Shown: piece after piece, positions 9,601 to 21,386 of the stretch
Layout: every line of letters starts with the position of its first letter
Position numbering within the stretch: the first letter of the stretch is position 1
Source: Candidatus Annandia pinicola
Lineage (GTDB): Bacteria > Pseudomonadota > Gammaproteobacteria > Enterobacterales > Enterobacteriaceae_A
DNA: 32,000 nt
Assembly: GCF_020541245.1 (NCBI RefSeq)
Contig: NZ_CP045876.1
Span: 60,001 to 92,000 of the forward strand
Direction of reading: 5' to 3'
Program-made: the position numbers and the translations under genes
Notes under the pieces: model-generated
What the model saw: the letters and a program-made list of their open reading frames with translations, nothing else
What the model was told of the DNA's origin: nothing
Databases searched by the model: none

Positions 9601-11040
9601 TTAATATCTTATATTTATAGATATATTAATTATTTTTTCAGGATATATTCCTAAAAAAATTATCACAATAGTAAATAATAAAACAATAAATTTTGAAAAA
9701 AATTGATCAGTAATATTTAATTTATTAAAAATTTTATTTTTATTATTACTATTAATATATAAATTAATAATTATTTTTAAGTAAGCATATAAACTAATAG
9801 AGCTACTTAATACTATAGAAATAACTAACCACCATAAATCAGTATTTAAACTTGCAATAATAACATATAATTTACTTAAAAAACCTAAAGTTAATGGTAA
9901 TCCAGCTAAAGACATAAACATTACAGTCATTACTAAAGCCATTAAAGGCTGATGCCAAAACAAACCTCTATAAATTTTAGTATTATTAATATTTTTTTTT
10001 ATATTTAATTGATTAGATATAATATTAATAACACCAAATATTCCTAAATTACTTAATATATAATTAACTACAGAAATAAAAATAGTTTGTGATGATATTT
10101 TAGTTTTAATTATATAAAAAATAACCATCAAATAACCTATTTGTGAAATTGATGAATATCCTATTATTTTATTTATATTATTTTGCGTAACTATCATAAT
10201 ACTACCAAATATCATAGAAGAACAAGCAACTATCATAAATAACAAACGAATATGCATATAATAATCTGGTAAATATAATATTAGTCTCGTTATGATAGCA
10301 AAAAAAACTATTTTATTATTACCAGATATAAATGATAAAACTGGTAAAGATAATTTTTCATATATATCAGGGGTCCATAATTGAAATGGTACTAAAGATA
10401 ATTTAATAAATAATCCACTTGATAATATAATAAAACCTAAAGCTAAAAAAGAAGAATAAAAACCCTCTAACATAAAAGCAGTAATATCTAAAGATTTTAA
10501 TTTAATATATAATAAACCTATACCAAATAAAATTAAAGAAGATGAAACTAAAGATAATATAGTATACTTTAAAGAAGCATTTAAGGCTTTTTTTTTATTA
10601 TAAGAAAAATTTATTAAACCAAAAACAGGTAAAGATAATAATTCTAAACCAACAAAAATAATATGTAAATATATTGTACTAACAACAATAATCCCACCTA
10701 AAGTTGAAATTAAAATTAATAAATAAAATTCTTCTTTGTAATCTTTATATTTTTCTAACCAATAATAAGAAAATATGCATGTTGAAAAACTTGAAATAAT
10801 TAATAAAATTACATAAAAAAAAGAATAATTATCAAAATACAAATAATAATCTAAATAAAAAGCATCCATTTTTTTAATTAATAAAAGAGATGGTGGTACT
10901 AAAATTAAACCTATAACAGTAATTATTAAACTTATAAGATTGTTTCTTTTAAAAATAATTAATAAAATTAATATTATAATAGTTAATTCAATTACTAATA
11001 CTGGAATTAAAGTCAATAACTCTAATGAATAATTTGTCAT
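9601..11040 (-). CDS. nuoN: NADH-quinone oxidoreductase subunit N
   Basis: 479-aa polytopic membrane protein of the antiporter-like family. It is the last gene of the nuo cluster. Size is close to E. coli NuoN. Confidence 0.9.
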   Translation of the reverse strand: MTNYSLELLTLIPVLVIELTIIILILLIIFKRNNLISLIITVIGLILVPPSLLLIKKMDAFYLDYYLYFDNYSFFYVILLIISSFSTCIFSYYWLEKYKDYKEEFYLLILISTLGGIIVVSTIYLHIIFVGLELLSLPVFGLINFSYNKKKALNASLKYTILSLVSSSLILFGIGLLYIKLKSLDITAFMLEGFYSSFLALGFIILSSGLFIKLSLVPFQLWTPDIYEKLSLPVLSFISGNNKIVFFAIITRLILYLPDYYMHIRLLFMIVACSSMIFGSIMIVTQNNINKIIGYSSISQIGYLMVIFYIIKTKISSQTIFISVVNYILSNLGIFGVINIISNQLNIKKNINNTKIYRGLFWHQPLMALVMTVMFMSLAGLPLTLGFLSKLYVIIASLNTDLWWLVISIVLSSSISLYAYLKIIINLYINSNNKNKIFNKLNITDQFFSKFIVLLFTIVIIFLGIYPEKIINISINIRY

Positions 11041-11070
11041 GAAATTGTAATACCTAATTTTTTTTAATTA

Positions 11071-12552
11071 TTAAATATAATATTGTGAATTATATACTGA
11101 AATATGATTAGTATCTAATATAAATTGTGGGTAAATACCCAGTGATAATAACAAAATAACTAATAAAATTAATATAATAGCTTCTCTTATAGACATATTT
11201 TTTAATAATCTTTTATTTTTATTTAAACCATAAAAAACCTTATGCATAACAAATAAAGAATATATGGTAGTTAATATTAAACTAAATGAACATATACAAG
11301 ATATTATTGGATAAAATTGAAAAGTTCCTATTAAAATTAAAAATTCACCAATAAAATTACCAGTTCCAGGAATTCCTAAATTAGCCATTAAAAAAAATAA
11401 ACAAAATCCAGGTATATAATTAATACTGTTCCATAATCCATACATTTTATTGATATTATGAGTATGTATTCTATCATAAATTTGTTCAAATATTATAAAT
11501 AATGCAGATGTAGAAAAACTTACAGATATTAATTGTATTATTAAACCCTGATAAACTATCATACTTCTTGTAAATATAGCAATTAGTATTAACCCCATAT
11601 GAGAAATTGATGCATAACTTATAAATTTTTTAATATTTTTTTGTCTAAAAGACATTAACGCCCCATAAATAATGGTAAAAATTCCAATATATCTAATAAT
11701 ATATGCAAATTTAATAGATATATTAGGACAAAATGGTATACAAAATTTAATTAATGCATAAGAAGATGTTTTAATTATTATACCAACTAAATCTACAGAT
11801 GCATAAATAGGTGTATTATTATGAATTTTAGGTAACCATCCATGAAAAGGTACTATAGGCATTTTTACTACACATGCTAAAAAAAAACCTGACATAACTA
11901 AACATTCTTGAATATAATTCATATCGGTTTTTAATAATATAGCATAATTAAAAGTCAAATCTCCAGTTTGATTATAATGAAGCATTACTAATTTTATAAT
12001 AGAAAGAAACATTAATAAACTAGAAAATTGTGCATAAATAAAAAATCTATTTGCAATAAAAATAGTATCTTTTATAGAATAATAATTACCCCATTTTATT
12101 ATAATAAAATATATTGGAAATAAAATCATTTCCCAAAAAACAAAAAATAAAAACATATCTGCAGATAAAAAAATACCCAAAGAAGAACCTATAATCCATA
12201 ATAAATTTAATAAAAATAATCCTTTATATTTTTTTATTATTTCCCAAGAACATAAAATAGATATTATACCTAATATACTAGTTGTTAATATCATTATTAT
12301 TGATAAACCATCAGTAGCTAAATGAAAATCAATTCCTAATTTTGTAATCCATGGAATAGAAAATTCTAATTGCCATTCATCGGGATTAAATGTTCTATTA
12401 TTAAAATCAATAAATAATTGTAAAGAAATATAAGTAATAGATATCATAGATAATAATGAGATAAATCTAGATAAAACTACATTAAAATATGATATTTGCC
12501 AGCAAATTATTCCACCGATAAAAGGAATTATAAGTAATAAAACTAAAATCAT
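11071..12552 (-). CDS. nuoM: NADH-quinone oxidoreductase subunit M
   Basis: 493-aa antiporter-like membrane subunit between nuoL and nuoN. Has the motif PFHGWLP. Confidence 0.9.
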   Translation of the reverse strand: MILVLLLIIPFIGGIICWQISYFNVVLSRFISLLSMISITYISLQLFIDFNNRTFNPDEWQLEFSIPWITKLGIDFHLATDGLSIIMILTTSILGIISILCSWEIIKKYKGLFLLNLLWIIGSSLGIFLSADMFLFFVFWEMILFPIYFIIIKWGNYYSIKDTIFIANRFFIYAQFSSLLMFLSIIKLVMLHYNQTGDLTFNYAILLKTDMNYIQECLVMSGFFLACVVKMPIVPFHGWLPKIHNNTPIYASVDLVGIIIKTSSYALIKFCIPFCPNISIKFAYIIRYIGIFTIIYGALMSFRQKNIKKFISYASISHMGLILIAIFTRSMIVYQGLIIQLISVSFSTSALFIIFEQIYDRIHTHNINKMYGLWNSINYIPGFCLFFLMANLGIPGTGNFIGEFLILIGTFQFYPIISCICSFSLILTTIYSLFVMHKVFYGLNKNKRLLKNMSIREAIILILLVILLLSLGIYPQFILDTNHISVYNSQYYI

Positions 12553-12576
12553 ATATTTCTCATAAAAAAAAATTAA

Positions 12577-14448
12577 TTATATAAATAAATATGTTTTTTT
12601 AATAAAGTAATGTATATGTAATACATTTATTAAAGATAACATTATTAAAACACCCAATATAATATTATAAATATACCATCTTAAATAACCATTTTCTATT
12701 CTATTAAAAAAATTATTAAATAAGATAATTAAAAAAATAGGTATATATGTTAATTTGTCAATTAAATCTATTCTAGATATAATAAATGTTATAAATAAAT
12801 AAGGCTTAACAAGAATAAAATCATATATTGTATTTAAGAACAAAGAATTATATAAAAATTTATATAAAGAATATATATAATTTTCTTCTAAAATGATTTC
12901 ATATATTTCTTTATTATTTTTATAAAATAAATAAGCAAAAATAATTCCAAAAATAGAAGATAAACATGATATTAAAATTAAAAATTTTTCATTAGGAGAC
13001 ATTTGACATATAAAGTTATCTAAATAAGGAAATTGAATAAATAATCCTATAATAGTAGATAATATACATAAAATTAAAAGAGGCAAATTATGAAATATAT
13101 TTCTTTCTATTATATAATAATTTTTTTGTTTATTATGAAAAATATAAAATATCATTCTAAAGGTGTATAAAGAAGTTATAAAAGTACCTAAAATACAAGT
13201 ATAAAGAATATAAATATGATTACTTGAAGATATCCTTAATAAAATATATTCTTTACTATAAAAACCTGAAGTAATTAAAGGTAATGATGATAAACTACTT
13301 CCACCTATTAAAAAACACATATATATAAATTTATTATTTTTATATAAACAATTCATAGTAAAAATATTTTGATTTCCATTACAGTTTTTAATTAAAGATC
13401 CTGAGGACATAAATAAAAGTGCTTTAAAATAAGCATGCATTATTAAATGAAATATTGCTGCTTGCCAAGAACAAATTCCTAAAGAAACAAACATATACCC
13501 TAATTGACTAATTGTAGAATATGCTAATATTTTTTTTATATTTCTTTGTACTAAGGCAAATAAACCTGATATAATTAAAGTAATTAAACCAATAATACAT
13601 GTTATATAAAGAACTTTTGGTGTTAATATAAATATACTATGCATGCGAGTTATTAAATATACTCCTGCTGTTACCATAGTTGCCGCATGTATTAATGCTG
13701 AAGCTGGGGTAGGCCCAGACATAGCATCTGGTAACCAAATATGTATTGGAATTTGAGCAGATTTACCTATAGCTCCAATTAATAATAATATATTTGCTAT
13801 TTGTAATATAAAATTATTTCCATACATATAGGTTGTACTAAAATTTTGTATTTCTTCAATTGAAATTGTACCTAAATGATTAAAAAATATAAAAATTGAA
13901 ATTAATAAAAAAATATCACTTATTTTAGTAGTTATAAAAGCTTTAATAGCATTTTTACCATAATTTTTATTTTTATAATAAAAATTAATTAATAAATAAG
14001 AACATAAACCTACACCCTCCCAACCAAAATACATAGATAATAAATTATCAGATAAAACTAAAAATAACATATTTGCAATAAATAAATTCATATAGGCAAA
14101 AAATTTAGCATAACATTTTTCATACTTCATATACCATATAGAAAAAAAGTAAATAATAAAACTTATACTAATAATAATTGAAACCATTGTAATAGATAAT
14201 TTATCTAATGTAATTTTCATAGGTATTTGTAAATTTTTTACATCTACCCAATACCATAATATTTGATTATATACTTTTTCATTATTATCAAAAAAATTTA
14301 TAATACTTTTTATAATATTAAAACTTGATAATATCATTGTAATAATAATTAAAAAATTAATTTTAGTTTTAGATAAACTTTTATAATATAAAATTAAAAT
14401 TATAAAACTAATAATAGGAAAAACTATAGAATAATATAAGGTATCCAT
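12577..14448 (-). CDS. nuoL: NADH-quinone oxidoreductase subunit L
   Basis: 623 aa, the largest antiporter-like subunit. Has GWEGVGLCSYLLI, IHIWLPDAMSGPTPASALIHAATMVTAGVYL and a long C-terminal extension. Confidence 0.94.
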   Translation of the reverse strand: MDTLYYSIVFPIISFIILILYYKSLSKTKINFLIIITMILSSFNIIKSIINFFDNNEKVYNQILWYWVDVKNLQIPMKITLDKLSITMVSIIISISFIIYFFSIWYMKYEKCYAKFFAYMNLFIANMLFLVLSDNLLSMYFGWEGVGLCSYLLINFYYKNKNYGKNAIKAFITTKISDIFLLISIFIFFNHLGTISIEEIQNFSTTYMYGNNFILQIANILLLIGAIGKSAQIPIHIWLPDAMSGPTPASALIHAATMVTAGVYLITRMHSIFILTPKVLYITCIIGLITLIISGLFALVQRNIKKILAYSTISQLGYMFVSLGICSWQAAIFHLIMHAYFKALLFMSSGSLIKNCNGNQNIFTMNCLYKNNKFIYMCFLIGGSSLSSLPLITSGFYSKEYILLRISSSNHIYILYTCILGTFITSLYTFRMIFYIFHNKQKNYYIIERNIFHNLPLLILCILSTIIGLFIQFPYLDNFICQMSPNEKFLILISCLSSIFGIIFAYLFYKNNKEIYEIILEENYIYSLYKFLYNSLFLNTIYDFILVKPYLFITFIISRIDLIDKLTYIPIFLIILFNNFFNRIENGYLRWYIYNIILGVLIMLSLINVLHIHYFIKKTYLFI

Positions 14449-14450
14449 TA

Positions 14451-14750
14451 TTATTTAATCTCATTTAAAATATCAATATTTAATGTTCTTTTTAAATTAT
14501 ATAATTTAATTAAAAGAGCTAAACAAATACTAGATTCAGAAGCTGATATACTCATTAACATCATATAAACTATTTGTTCTTCATTTTTATTTATATAATG
14601 TCCAGCTAAAATTAAAAGTAATCCTGCTGCATTAAACATAATCTCAATACCCATTAATATAAAAAACAAATTTTTGCGAGTTATTACAGATGACATACCT
14701 AATAAAAAAATTATTACAGAAACAATTAAACCATGTCTTAAAATAATCAT
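14451..14750 (-). CDS. nuoK: NADH-quinone oxidoreductase subunit K
   Basis: 99-aa protein with three transmembrane helices, in the position between nuoJ and nuoL. Its stop lies 2 nt from the nuoL start. Confidence 0.9.
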   Translation of the reverse strand: MIILRHGLIVSVIIFLLGMSSVITRKNLFFILMGIEIMFNAAGLLLILAGHYINKNEEQIVYMMLMSISASESSICLALLIKLYNLKRTLNIDILNEIK

Positions 14751-14774
14751 AAATTTCCAAATTTTTATATTTTT

Positions 14775-15257
14775 TTATTTTTTTTTTATAATATTAATTG
14801 TTACAATTAAACCAGCTAACAATACTATAGAAGATAATTCTAATGAAAGCATATTGTGATTTAATAAATTTAAACTAATAATTTTAGGGTCCAATATTTC
14901 TATATTTATTTTTTTATCTTTTAATTCATTCCAAAAATAATTTATTATAAAAAATAAAAAAAATAAAGTTATGATTGTTGGTATTAAGTATCTAAATTTA
15001 ATTTCATTTTTTTTTTTTGTATAATCTTCATTTAACATCATTATTACAAAAATAAATAAAACCATAATAGCACCAGTATATATAATTATTTCTAATGAAC
15101 CAGCTAAGTAATCACCAATAGAAAAAAAAATACCAGATATTGAAGATAATGTGATTATTAAATACATTAAAGCGTATACTGGATTTTTACTAATTATAAC
15201 TTTTATTGTAGAAATTATTGAAATAAAACTAAATGCATAAAAAAAATACATTTCCAT
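14775..15257 (-). CDS. nuoJ: NADH-quinone oxidoreductase subunit J
   Basis: 160-aa hydrophobic protein between nuoI and nuoK. Somewhat shorter than E. coli NuoJ. Confidence 0.85.
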   Translation of the reverse strand: MEMYFFYAFSFISIISTIKVIISKNPVYALMYLIITLSSISGIFFSIGDYLAGSLEIIIYTGAIMVLFIFVIMMLNEDYTKKKNEIKFRYLIPTIITLFFLFFIINYFWNELKDKKINIEILDPKIISLNLLNHNMLSLELSSIVLLAGLIVTINIIKKK

Positions 15258-15267
15258 ATTTTAACCT

Positions 15268-15801
15268 TTAAGGCATTAATTTTTTTATATCTATTATTTT
15301 ATTATTTTTTCTTTTATTATTTTTATTATTAAAAGAAATACCTGATAATTTATAAAAATTATAATTTGGATATTTTCCAGTACCAGAAATTAATAAATCT
15401 TTTTTTTCATATATTAAATCTTTTCTTTTATAATCACTTAATTCAAAATCATCAATCAATTGTATAGCTTGAGTTGGACAAGCTTCTTCACACATACCAC
15501 AAAAAATACATCTTGAAAAGTTAATTCTAAAAAATTCTGCATACCATCTTTTTTTTTTTTCTTTTTTTTTTAAAGATATACATCCAACAGGACATGATAC
15601 AGCACATAAATTACAAGCTACACATCTTTCATTACCATCAGGATCTTTAGTTAAAATTATACGACCTCTATATCTAGGATAAATATAAACTTTTTTTTCT
15701 GGATATAATATTGTTTCACGTTTTTCAAAAGATTTTAATCCAACTTTCCATATACTACGTAATTGTGTAAAAAAAAATAAAATAATTTTTTTAAATATCA
15801 T
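15268..15801 (-). CDS. nuoI: NADH-quinone oxidoreductase subunit I (2x[4Fe-4S] ferredoxin-like)
   Basis: 177 aa with two intact CxxCxxCxxxCP motifs ([12 protein letters not shown] and [12 protein letters not shown]). Confidence 0.95.
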   Translation of the reverse strand: MIFKKIILFFFTQLRSIWKVGLKSFEKRETILYPEKKVYIYPRYRGRIILTKDPDGNERCVACNLCAVSCPVGCISLKKKEKKKRWYAEFFRINFSRCIFCGMCEEACPTQAIQLIDDFELSDYKRKDLIYEKKDLLISGTGKYPNYNFYKLSGISFNNKNNKRKNNKIIDIKKLMP

Positions 15802-15822
15802 AAATACCTATATTTTATTTTA

Positions 15823-16788
15823 TTAATTAAAAGTTAAAATTAAAATAGCTGTTAAAAATAAATTTACTAAGTTTAATGGTAAAAATAATTTCCAACTTAT
15901 TGACATAACTTTATCATATCTAGGTCTTGGTAATGACGCTCTTATTAAAATAAACATAAAAATAAAAAAACATGTTTTTAATATAAACCATACTATAGGT
16001 GGTAAAAAAGGTCCTAACCAACCCCCCATAAATAATATAGTCATTAATGATGATAATACAATAATTGATATATATTCACTTATAAAAAATAATCCAAATT
16101 TCATACCAGAATATTCTATATGATAACCATCAGCTAATTCTTGTTCAGACTCAGGTTGATCAAATGGATGTCTATGACATATACATAAACTTGCAATAAA
16201 AAAAGATATAAAACTTAAAAATTGAGGTATTAAATTCCATAAATATTTTTGATTTAAAACAATATCTATAAAATTTAAAGAACCAGTTTTAGCTATTACT
16301 CCAGTAGTTGATAATCCTAAAAAAATTTCATAACTCAATATTTGAGCAGCTGATCTTACTGCTCCAATTAAAGAATATTTATTATTACTAGACCAACCAG
16401 CCAATAAAATTGAATAAATTGATAATCCTACAATCATAAAAAAAAATAATAAACCGATATTTAGATTTATTACATAAAATGTTGATGTAATTGGTATTGT
16501 TGCCATAATACTTAAAAATAATAAAAAAACAATAGTTGGGGCTAATATAAAAACAAATTTATGAGAAAATGGTGGTACCCAATCTTCTTTAAACATTATT
16601 TTTATCATATCTGCTATTATTTGTAAAGAACCTTGCCATCCTACTCTATTAGGACCATATCTATTTTGAAATAAAGCTAATAATCTTCTTTCAACAAAAC
16701 TCATATAAGCACCACAAATAACAACTATAAACAAAATTAACAAACTTCTAAATATACTAAAATAAACATCATTATTATTTAATAACAT
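15823..16788 (-). CDS. nuoH: NADH-quinone oxidoreductase subunit H
   Basis: 321-aa membrane protein. Has [42 protein letters not shown] and [21 protein letters not shown]. Its start overlaps the nuoG stop by 10 nt. Confidence 0.95.
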   Translation of the reverse strand: MLLNNNDVYFSIFRSLLILFIVVICGAYMSFVERRLLALFQNRYGPNRVGWQGSLQIIADMIKIMFKEDWVPPFSHKFVFILAPTIVFLLFLSIMATIPITSTFYVINLNIGLLFFFMIVGLSIYSILLAGWSSNNKYSLIGAVRSAAQILSYEIFLGLSTTGVIAKTGSLNFIDIVLNQKYLWNLIPQFLSFISFFIASLCICHRHPFDQPESEQELADGYHIEYSGMKFGLFFISEYISIIVLSSLMTILFMGGWLGPFLPPIVWFILKTCFFIFMFILIRASLPRPRYDKVMSISWKLFLPLNLVNLFLTAILILTFN

Positions 16789-19526
16789 AATAAATTTATT
16801 TTATTTACCTTTTTTATATTTGAAATATATTTATTTAATAAACAAAATGGAATTTTAGAAATACCTAATGGTAAACCAACATTTCCTTTTGCAAATGTAT
16901 TAGAACATAATACTGGTAAAGTGTATATTTGATTTTCACATTTAAATTTAATTATATCATTATTTTTAATATTATTTTTTTTAGCATCTTTTGTATTAAA
17001 TATTATATTTATTGATTTTAATGTTATTTTTTTAAATATTGATAAATTTTGAGTTAATTCTTCACTACCAAATAATAAATAAAATGGTAATATTCTAAAA
17101 TATTTTTTTTTAACAAATTTAATATTTTTATTAAAAAAAATTATTTTTTTTTTTTTTTTTGATTTTGAAAAACACATACCTAAATTATTTTTTTTTAATT
17201 CATCTTTAATTATATTATGTTTAAATTTATTAATAGAATTTAATGAATTCCATTTAGGAAACCATACAAAAGGAATATGGTAATTATAAATATTTGGTCT
17301 ATTAATACCTTCAAAATTAAAATTAAACATTGTATCTTTATCTTTTTTTCTAGAATACTCATGTATATTAATATTACTATACATAGAAGATATACCACTA
17401 TATCTTAAAGGATATCTTGTTATTTTTTTTTTATAAATTCTAAAATTAGAATTTGGAGATATTAATTTTATTGGTAATAATTTAGGTATTTTATTTATAC
17501 AATGATTAATTATATTATCATATTTTAACCAATTTATAGAATTTTTATTTAATTTTAATCTTATATTATTAATCCAACGCCAACTTTCTAATTTATTAGA
17601 ATTTTTATTATATAAATTAGGATTAAATACTTTAAAAAATCTTTGTGCTTTTCCTTCATAATTTATTATAGTACCATTACTTTCAGAAAAATTTGTAGAT
17701 GGTAATGATAAATTAGCTTTTTTAAAAATTTTATTTTTTTGATGATCTATATAAATTATATTTCTTATTTTTTTAAAATAATTATTTATTTTTTTTTCAG
17801 ATAAATATCTATAAATATTATTTTCCATTATAAATAAAGTATCTATATTATCATATTTTATTTTTTTGAAAACATTTTCTAAAGAAATTCCTTTAATTAA
17901 ACTTACTCCAACTGTATTAGATGTAGAAAAAATAAATATCATACCAACATCTTTATTTTTTTTTTTTAAAGAATTAACTATGTTAGCTGCAGATTTTATA
18001 ATTTCTGAGCTACCTGAATGTGTACCAGATATAATTAAAGGTTTTTTAGCATTAATTAAAAATTTAGATATAAGATAAGCTTTTTTTTTTATCTTAATTT
18101 TAATATTTTTTATTTTAGAAAAATTTTTATCAATAATATCAGAAATATAATAACCTAAAATAGATTGATTTTCAACAGAAGCATTATAATTCCAAAAAGA
18201 AATATCTTTTAATTCAGTATAATCTGTATTTGTAATAAAAATAGGGCATCTCTTTTTTTTAGAAATATTTAATATAGCATTTATATTCCAATAAGGTATT
18301 TTATTATTATTTGCTATTTTAAAAAAATTATTTTTTGAAGCTTGACGTATAGATAATGACATTCTAGCTGCAGTTTGTGTAATATCTTCACCCAATATTA
18401 AAATAGCATCATATTTTTCAATTTCATTTAAATTAGGTATTTTAATATTATATTCTTTTATTATTTTTAATATTAATTTTATATTATTTTGTTCAATTTT
18501 AGGTATTCCAGTAGAAAAATTTTTATAACCAACTAATTCTTTAAGAGCAAAATTATTTTCAATACTAGATCTAGGAGATCCTATACCAATAATTTTTTTA
18601 GAATTATTTATAATATTTACTATTTTTTTTAGAGCTTGTTCATTATTTAAAATAAAAATATTATTATTATATCTTTCTATAGGATTTTGAGGTCTATTTT
18701 TTAAATTTATATAATCATAACCAAATCTACCTAAATCACAAATAAAATAACCATTAATATCATGATTATATCTATTTTCAACTTTATTAATTTTACCATA
18801 TCTTTCTCCCAAAATAATATTACATCCTACACAACATTGTTGACATATGCTAGGTGAAAATTTCATATCCCATTTTCTACTATAATTTATAGAATTTATT
18901 TTATCTGTAAATACCCCGGTAGGACATATTTCTACAAGATTACCAGAAAAATAATTTTCTAAAATTCCAGATTTTGCTCTACCAAAATAAATATTATTAC
19001 TAACACCATAGACTCCAAAATCTTTTCCATCTGCATAATCTTTATAAAATCTAATACATCTATAACATGTAATACATCTATTCATTTGATGATTAATAAA
19101 TGGCCCTAAATATTGATTTTTATATTTTTTTTTTTTAAATCTATATTTTCTAATATAATGTTTATTAAGTACTGTCATATCTTGTAAATGACAATTACCA
19201 CCTTCTTCACATATAGGACAATCATGTGGGTGATTAGTCATTAAAAATTCTATTATATTTTTTCTAAATTTATTAACACTATTATTATTAGTATTTATTA
19301 TCATTTTATTTGAAACTGGTGTCATACAAGATATTATTATTTTTCCTTTTTTATCTTTTATATTTTGATATTGTTTAACTGCACATTGTCTACAAGCACC
19401 TACGCTACCTAAAGAAGGATGCCAACAAAAATAAGGTATATCAAATCCTAATTTTAAACATATTTGCAATAAATTATATTTATTATTTACTTGATATTTA
19501 TTACCATCTATAAAAATTATTGCCAT
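16779..19526 (-). CDS. nuoG: NADH-quinone oxidoreductase subunit G
   Basis: 915 aa. The N-terminal Fe-S ligand patterns are retained: [48 protein letters not shown] and CQQCCVGCN. The C-terminal molybdopterin-oxidoreductase-like part is strongly K/N/I-eroded. Confidence 0.94.
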   Translation of the reverse strand: MAIIFIDGNKYQVNNKYNLLQICLKLGFDIPYFCWHPSLGSVGACRQCAVKQYQNIKDKKGKIIISCMTPVSNKMIINTNNNSVNKFRKNIIEFLMTNHPHDCPICEEGGNCHLQDMTVLNKHYIRKYRFKKKKYKNQYLGPFINHQMNRCITCYRCIRFYKDYADGKDFGVYGVSNNIYFGRAKSGILENYFSGNLVEICPTGVFTDKINSINYSRKWDMKFSPSICQQCCVGCNIILGERYGKINKVENRYNHDINGYFICDLGRFGYDYINLKNRPQNPIERYNNNIFILNNEQALKKIVNIINNSKKIIGIGSPRSSIENNFALKELVGYKNFSTGIPKIEQNNIKLILKIIKEYNIKIPNLNEIEKYDAILILGEDITQTAARMSLSIRQASKNNFFKIANNNKIPYWNINAILNISKKKRCPIFITNTDYTELKDISFWNYNASVENQSILGYYISDIIDKNFSKIKNIKIKIKKKAYLISKFLINAKKPLIISGTHSGSSEIIKSAANIVNSLKKKNKDVGMIFIFSTSNTVGVSLIKGISLENVFKKIKYDNIDTLFIMENNIYRYLSEKKINNYFKKIRNIIYIDHQKNKIFKKANLSLPSTNFSESNGTIINYEGKAQRFFKVFNPNLYNKNSNKLESWRWINNIRLKLNKNSINWLKYDNIINHCINKIPKLLPIKLISPNSNFRIYKKKITRYPLRYSGISSMYSNINIHEYSRKKDKDTMFNFNFEGINRPNIYNYHIPFVWFPKWNSLNSINKFKHNIIKDELKKNNLGMCFSKSKKKKKIIFFNKNIKFVKKKYFRILPFYLLFGSEELTQNLSIFKKITLKSINIIFNTKDAKKNNIKNNDIIKFKCENQIYTLPVLCSNTFAKGNVGLPLGISKIPFCLLNKYISNIKKVNKINLLCY

Positions 19527-19606
19527 AATTAATATTATTATTCCTATAAATAATTTAAATAAAAAAAATTAAATAATATTAATATTTAAGTAATTTTATA
19601 AATTAC

Positions 19607-20875
19607 TTATATTTTTTTTATTCCTTTTTCAAATTCTTTTCTAAAATATTTAATAGCACTTTTTAAAGGAGCAGATGCTCCAGGTGCATGAGCACAAAAT
19701 GTTTTTCCTGGTTCTAACATTTTACATATATTTTTTAATGTAAATATATCATTTTTTTGACCTTTATTGTTTTTTAAAGATTTTAAAATTTCTACTATCC
19801 ATGGTAAACCATCCCTACATGGAGTACACCAACCACATGATTCTTTAGAAAAAAATTTTTCTATATTTAACATTAAATCTATCATATTTATTTTATCATC
19901 TATAATTACTGCTAAAGCAGTTCCTAAACGACTTCCTGCTTTTTGTATATTATTAAAATCCATTGGTAAATCTAAATGTTTATTTAATAAAAAATTAGTT
20001 CCAGCCCCACCTGGTAACCATGCTTTAATTTTATAACCATTACATATACCATGAGCATAATCTTCAAGAACTTCTCTAGCAGTAATACCTAAGGGTAATT
20101 CCCATAATCCAGGGTTATTAACTTTACCAGAAAAACCTATCATTTTTGTTCCAGAATCTAAACTAAGAGAAATACTTTTATACCATTTAAAACCATTATT
20201 AATAATGGAAGGTATATTAGATAATGTTTCTACATTATTAACACATGTAGGTTCCCCCCATAAACCAGACATAGCAGGAAAAGGAGGTTTAAATCTTGGA
20301 TTTGCTCTTTTTCCTTCAAGTGAGTTAATTAAAGCAGTTTCTTCTCCACATATATATCTACCAGCTCCTGTATGTAAATAAATATTTAAACTAAAATTAC
20401 TGTTAAAAATATTTTTTCCTAACATTTTTTTATACAATAGTTCATTTATAGCATAATTTAAATTTTTTGCAGCAACAGTATATTCTCCTCTTAAAAATAT
20501 ATAAGCACATTTTGATTTTAATGCATAAGCACTAATAATAATGCCTTCAATTAATTGATGAGGTAATTTTTCTATTAAAATACGATCTTTATAAGTTCCA
20601 GGTTCCATTTCATCAGCATTACATATTAAATATGAATTATTAATTTTTTTTTTTTTTATTAAACTCCATTTAATTCCTGTAGAAAAACCAGCACCACCTC
20701 TACCTTTTAATTTTGATTTTTTTATTATTTCTATAACTTCATTAGAACTTAATTCTTTAATTGCTTTTTTAGCTCCATTATATCCATTATATTTTAAGTA
20801 TTCTTTTAAAAATATTGGTTTTAATTTATTTTTTAATCTCCAAGTCAATGGATGTGTTTCTTCATAATTTATCAT
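19607..20875 (-). CDS. nuoF: NADH-quinone oxidoreductase subunit F (NADH/FMN-binding)
   Basis: 422 aa. Has [46 protein letters not shown] and [12 protein letters not shown], plus a distal Cys in FCAHAPGA. Confidence 0.96.
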   Translation of the reverse strand: MINYEETHPLTWRLKNKLKPIFLKEYLKYNGYNGAKKAIKELSSNEVIEIIKKSKLKGRGGAGFSTGIKWSLIKKKKINNSYLICNADEMEPGTYKDRILIEKLPHQLIEGIIISAYALKSKCAYIFLRGEYTVAAKNLNYAINELLYKKMLGKNIFNSNFSLNIYLHTGAGRYICGEETALINSLEGKRANPRFKPPFPAMSGLWGEPTCVNNVETLSNIPSIINNGFKWYKSISLSLDSGTKMIGFSGKVNNPGLWELPLGITAREVLEDYAHGICNGYKIKAWLPGGAGTNFLLNKHLDLPMDFNNIQKAGSRLGTALAVIIDDKINMIDLMLNIEKFFSKESCGWCTPCRDGLPWIVEILKSLKNNKGQKNDIFTLKNICKMLEPGKTFCAHAPGASAPLKSAIKYFRKEFEKGIKKI

Positions 20876-20879
20876 ATTT

Positions 20880-21386
20880 TTATTTATATTTATTTAATAT
20901 ATTATCAATATATTTTGGAATAACATTTGTATAAGTATCTTCGTTTATCATTATAACAGGGCTTTTATCACAATTACCTAAACAACAGGTTGTTAATAAA
21001 GTAAATCTATTATCTTTAGTAGTATTTCCAGTTTTTATTTTTAATTTTTCTTCTAATATAATTTTTATACTCTCATAATTTTTTATATAACAAACAAAAC
21101 TATCACAATAATTAATAATATGTCTTCCTACAGGCCTTCTAAATATTTTACTATAAAATGTTGAAATTTCTTCTAAATAATTTATATGTATATTTAAATA
21201 TTTAGATATAGCTTTTAAAGATTTATCTGAAATCCAATGACGATATTTTTGTACTATTTTTAATGATTCAATAGAAATTGAATAATTGTCTTTATATTTA
21301 AATTTAATATTTTCAATTTCTTTAATTTCTAATTCACTTAATAAATAATCTTTATTTAAATAAATTATTTGTTTTTTATTATTCAT
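20880..21386 (-). CDS. nuoE: NADH-quinone oxidoreductase subunit E ([2Fe-2S])
   Basis: 168 aa. Has CDSFVC (Cx4C) and CLGNC (Cx3C) cluster ligands. Its start codon directly abuts the nuoCD stop. Confidence 0.92.
   Translation of the reverse strand: MNNKKQIIYLNKDYLLSELEIKEIENIKFKYKDNYSISIESLKIVQKYRHWISDKSLKAISKYLNIHINYLEEISTFYSKIFRRPVGRHIINYCDSFVCYIKNYESIKIILEEKLKIKTGNTTKDNRFTLLTTCCLGNCDKSPVIMINEDTYTNVIPKYIDNILNKYK

Noticed and set aside
14674-14859. 61-aa ORF antisense across the nuoK/nuoJ junction
   Set aside because: It overlaps the 5' end of nuoK and the 3' end of nuoJ on the opposite strand. The peptide is a hydrophobic, low-complexity artefact of antisense membrane-protein codons.
17866-18078. 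70-aa ORF antisense within nuoG
   Set aside because: It is nested antisense in nuoG, with no motifs or Shine-Dalgarno.
19767-20036. 89-aa ORF antisense within nuoF
   Set aside because: It is nested antisense in the most conserved part of nuoF, so it is spurious.
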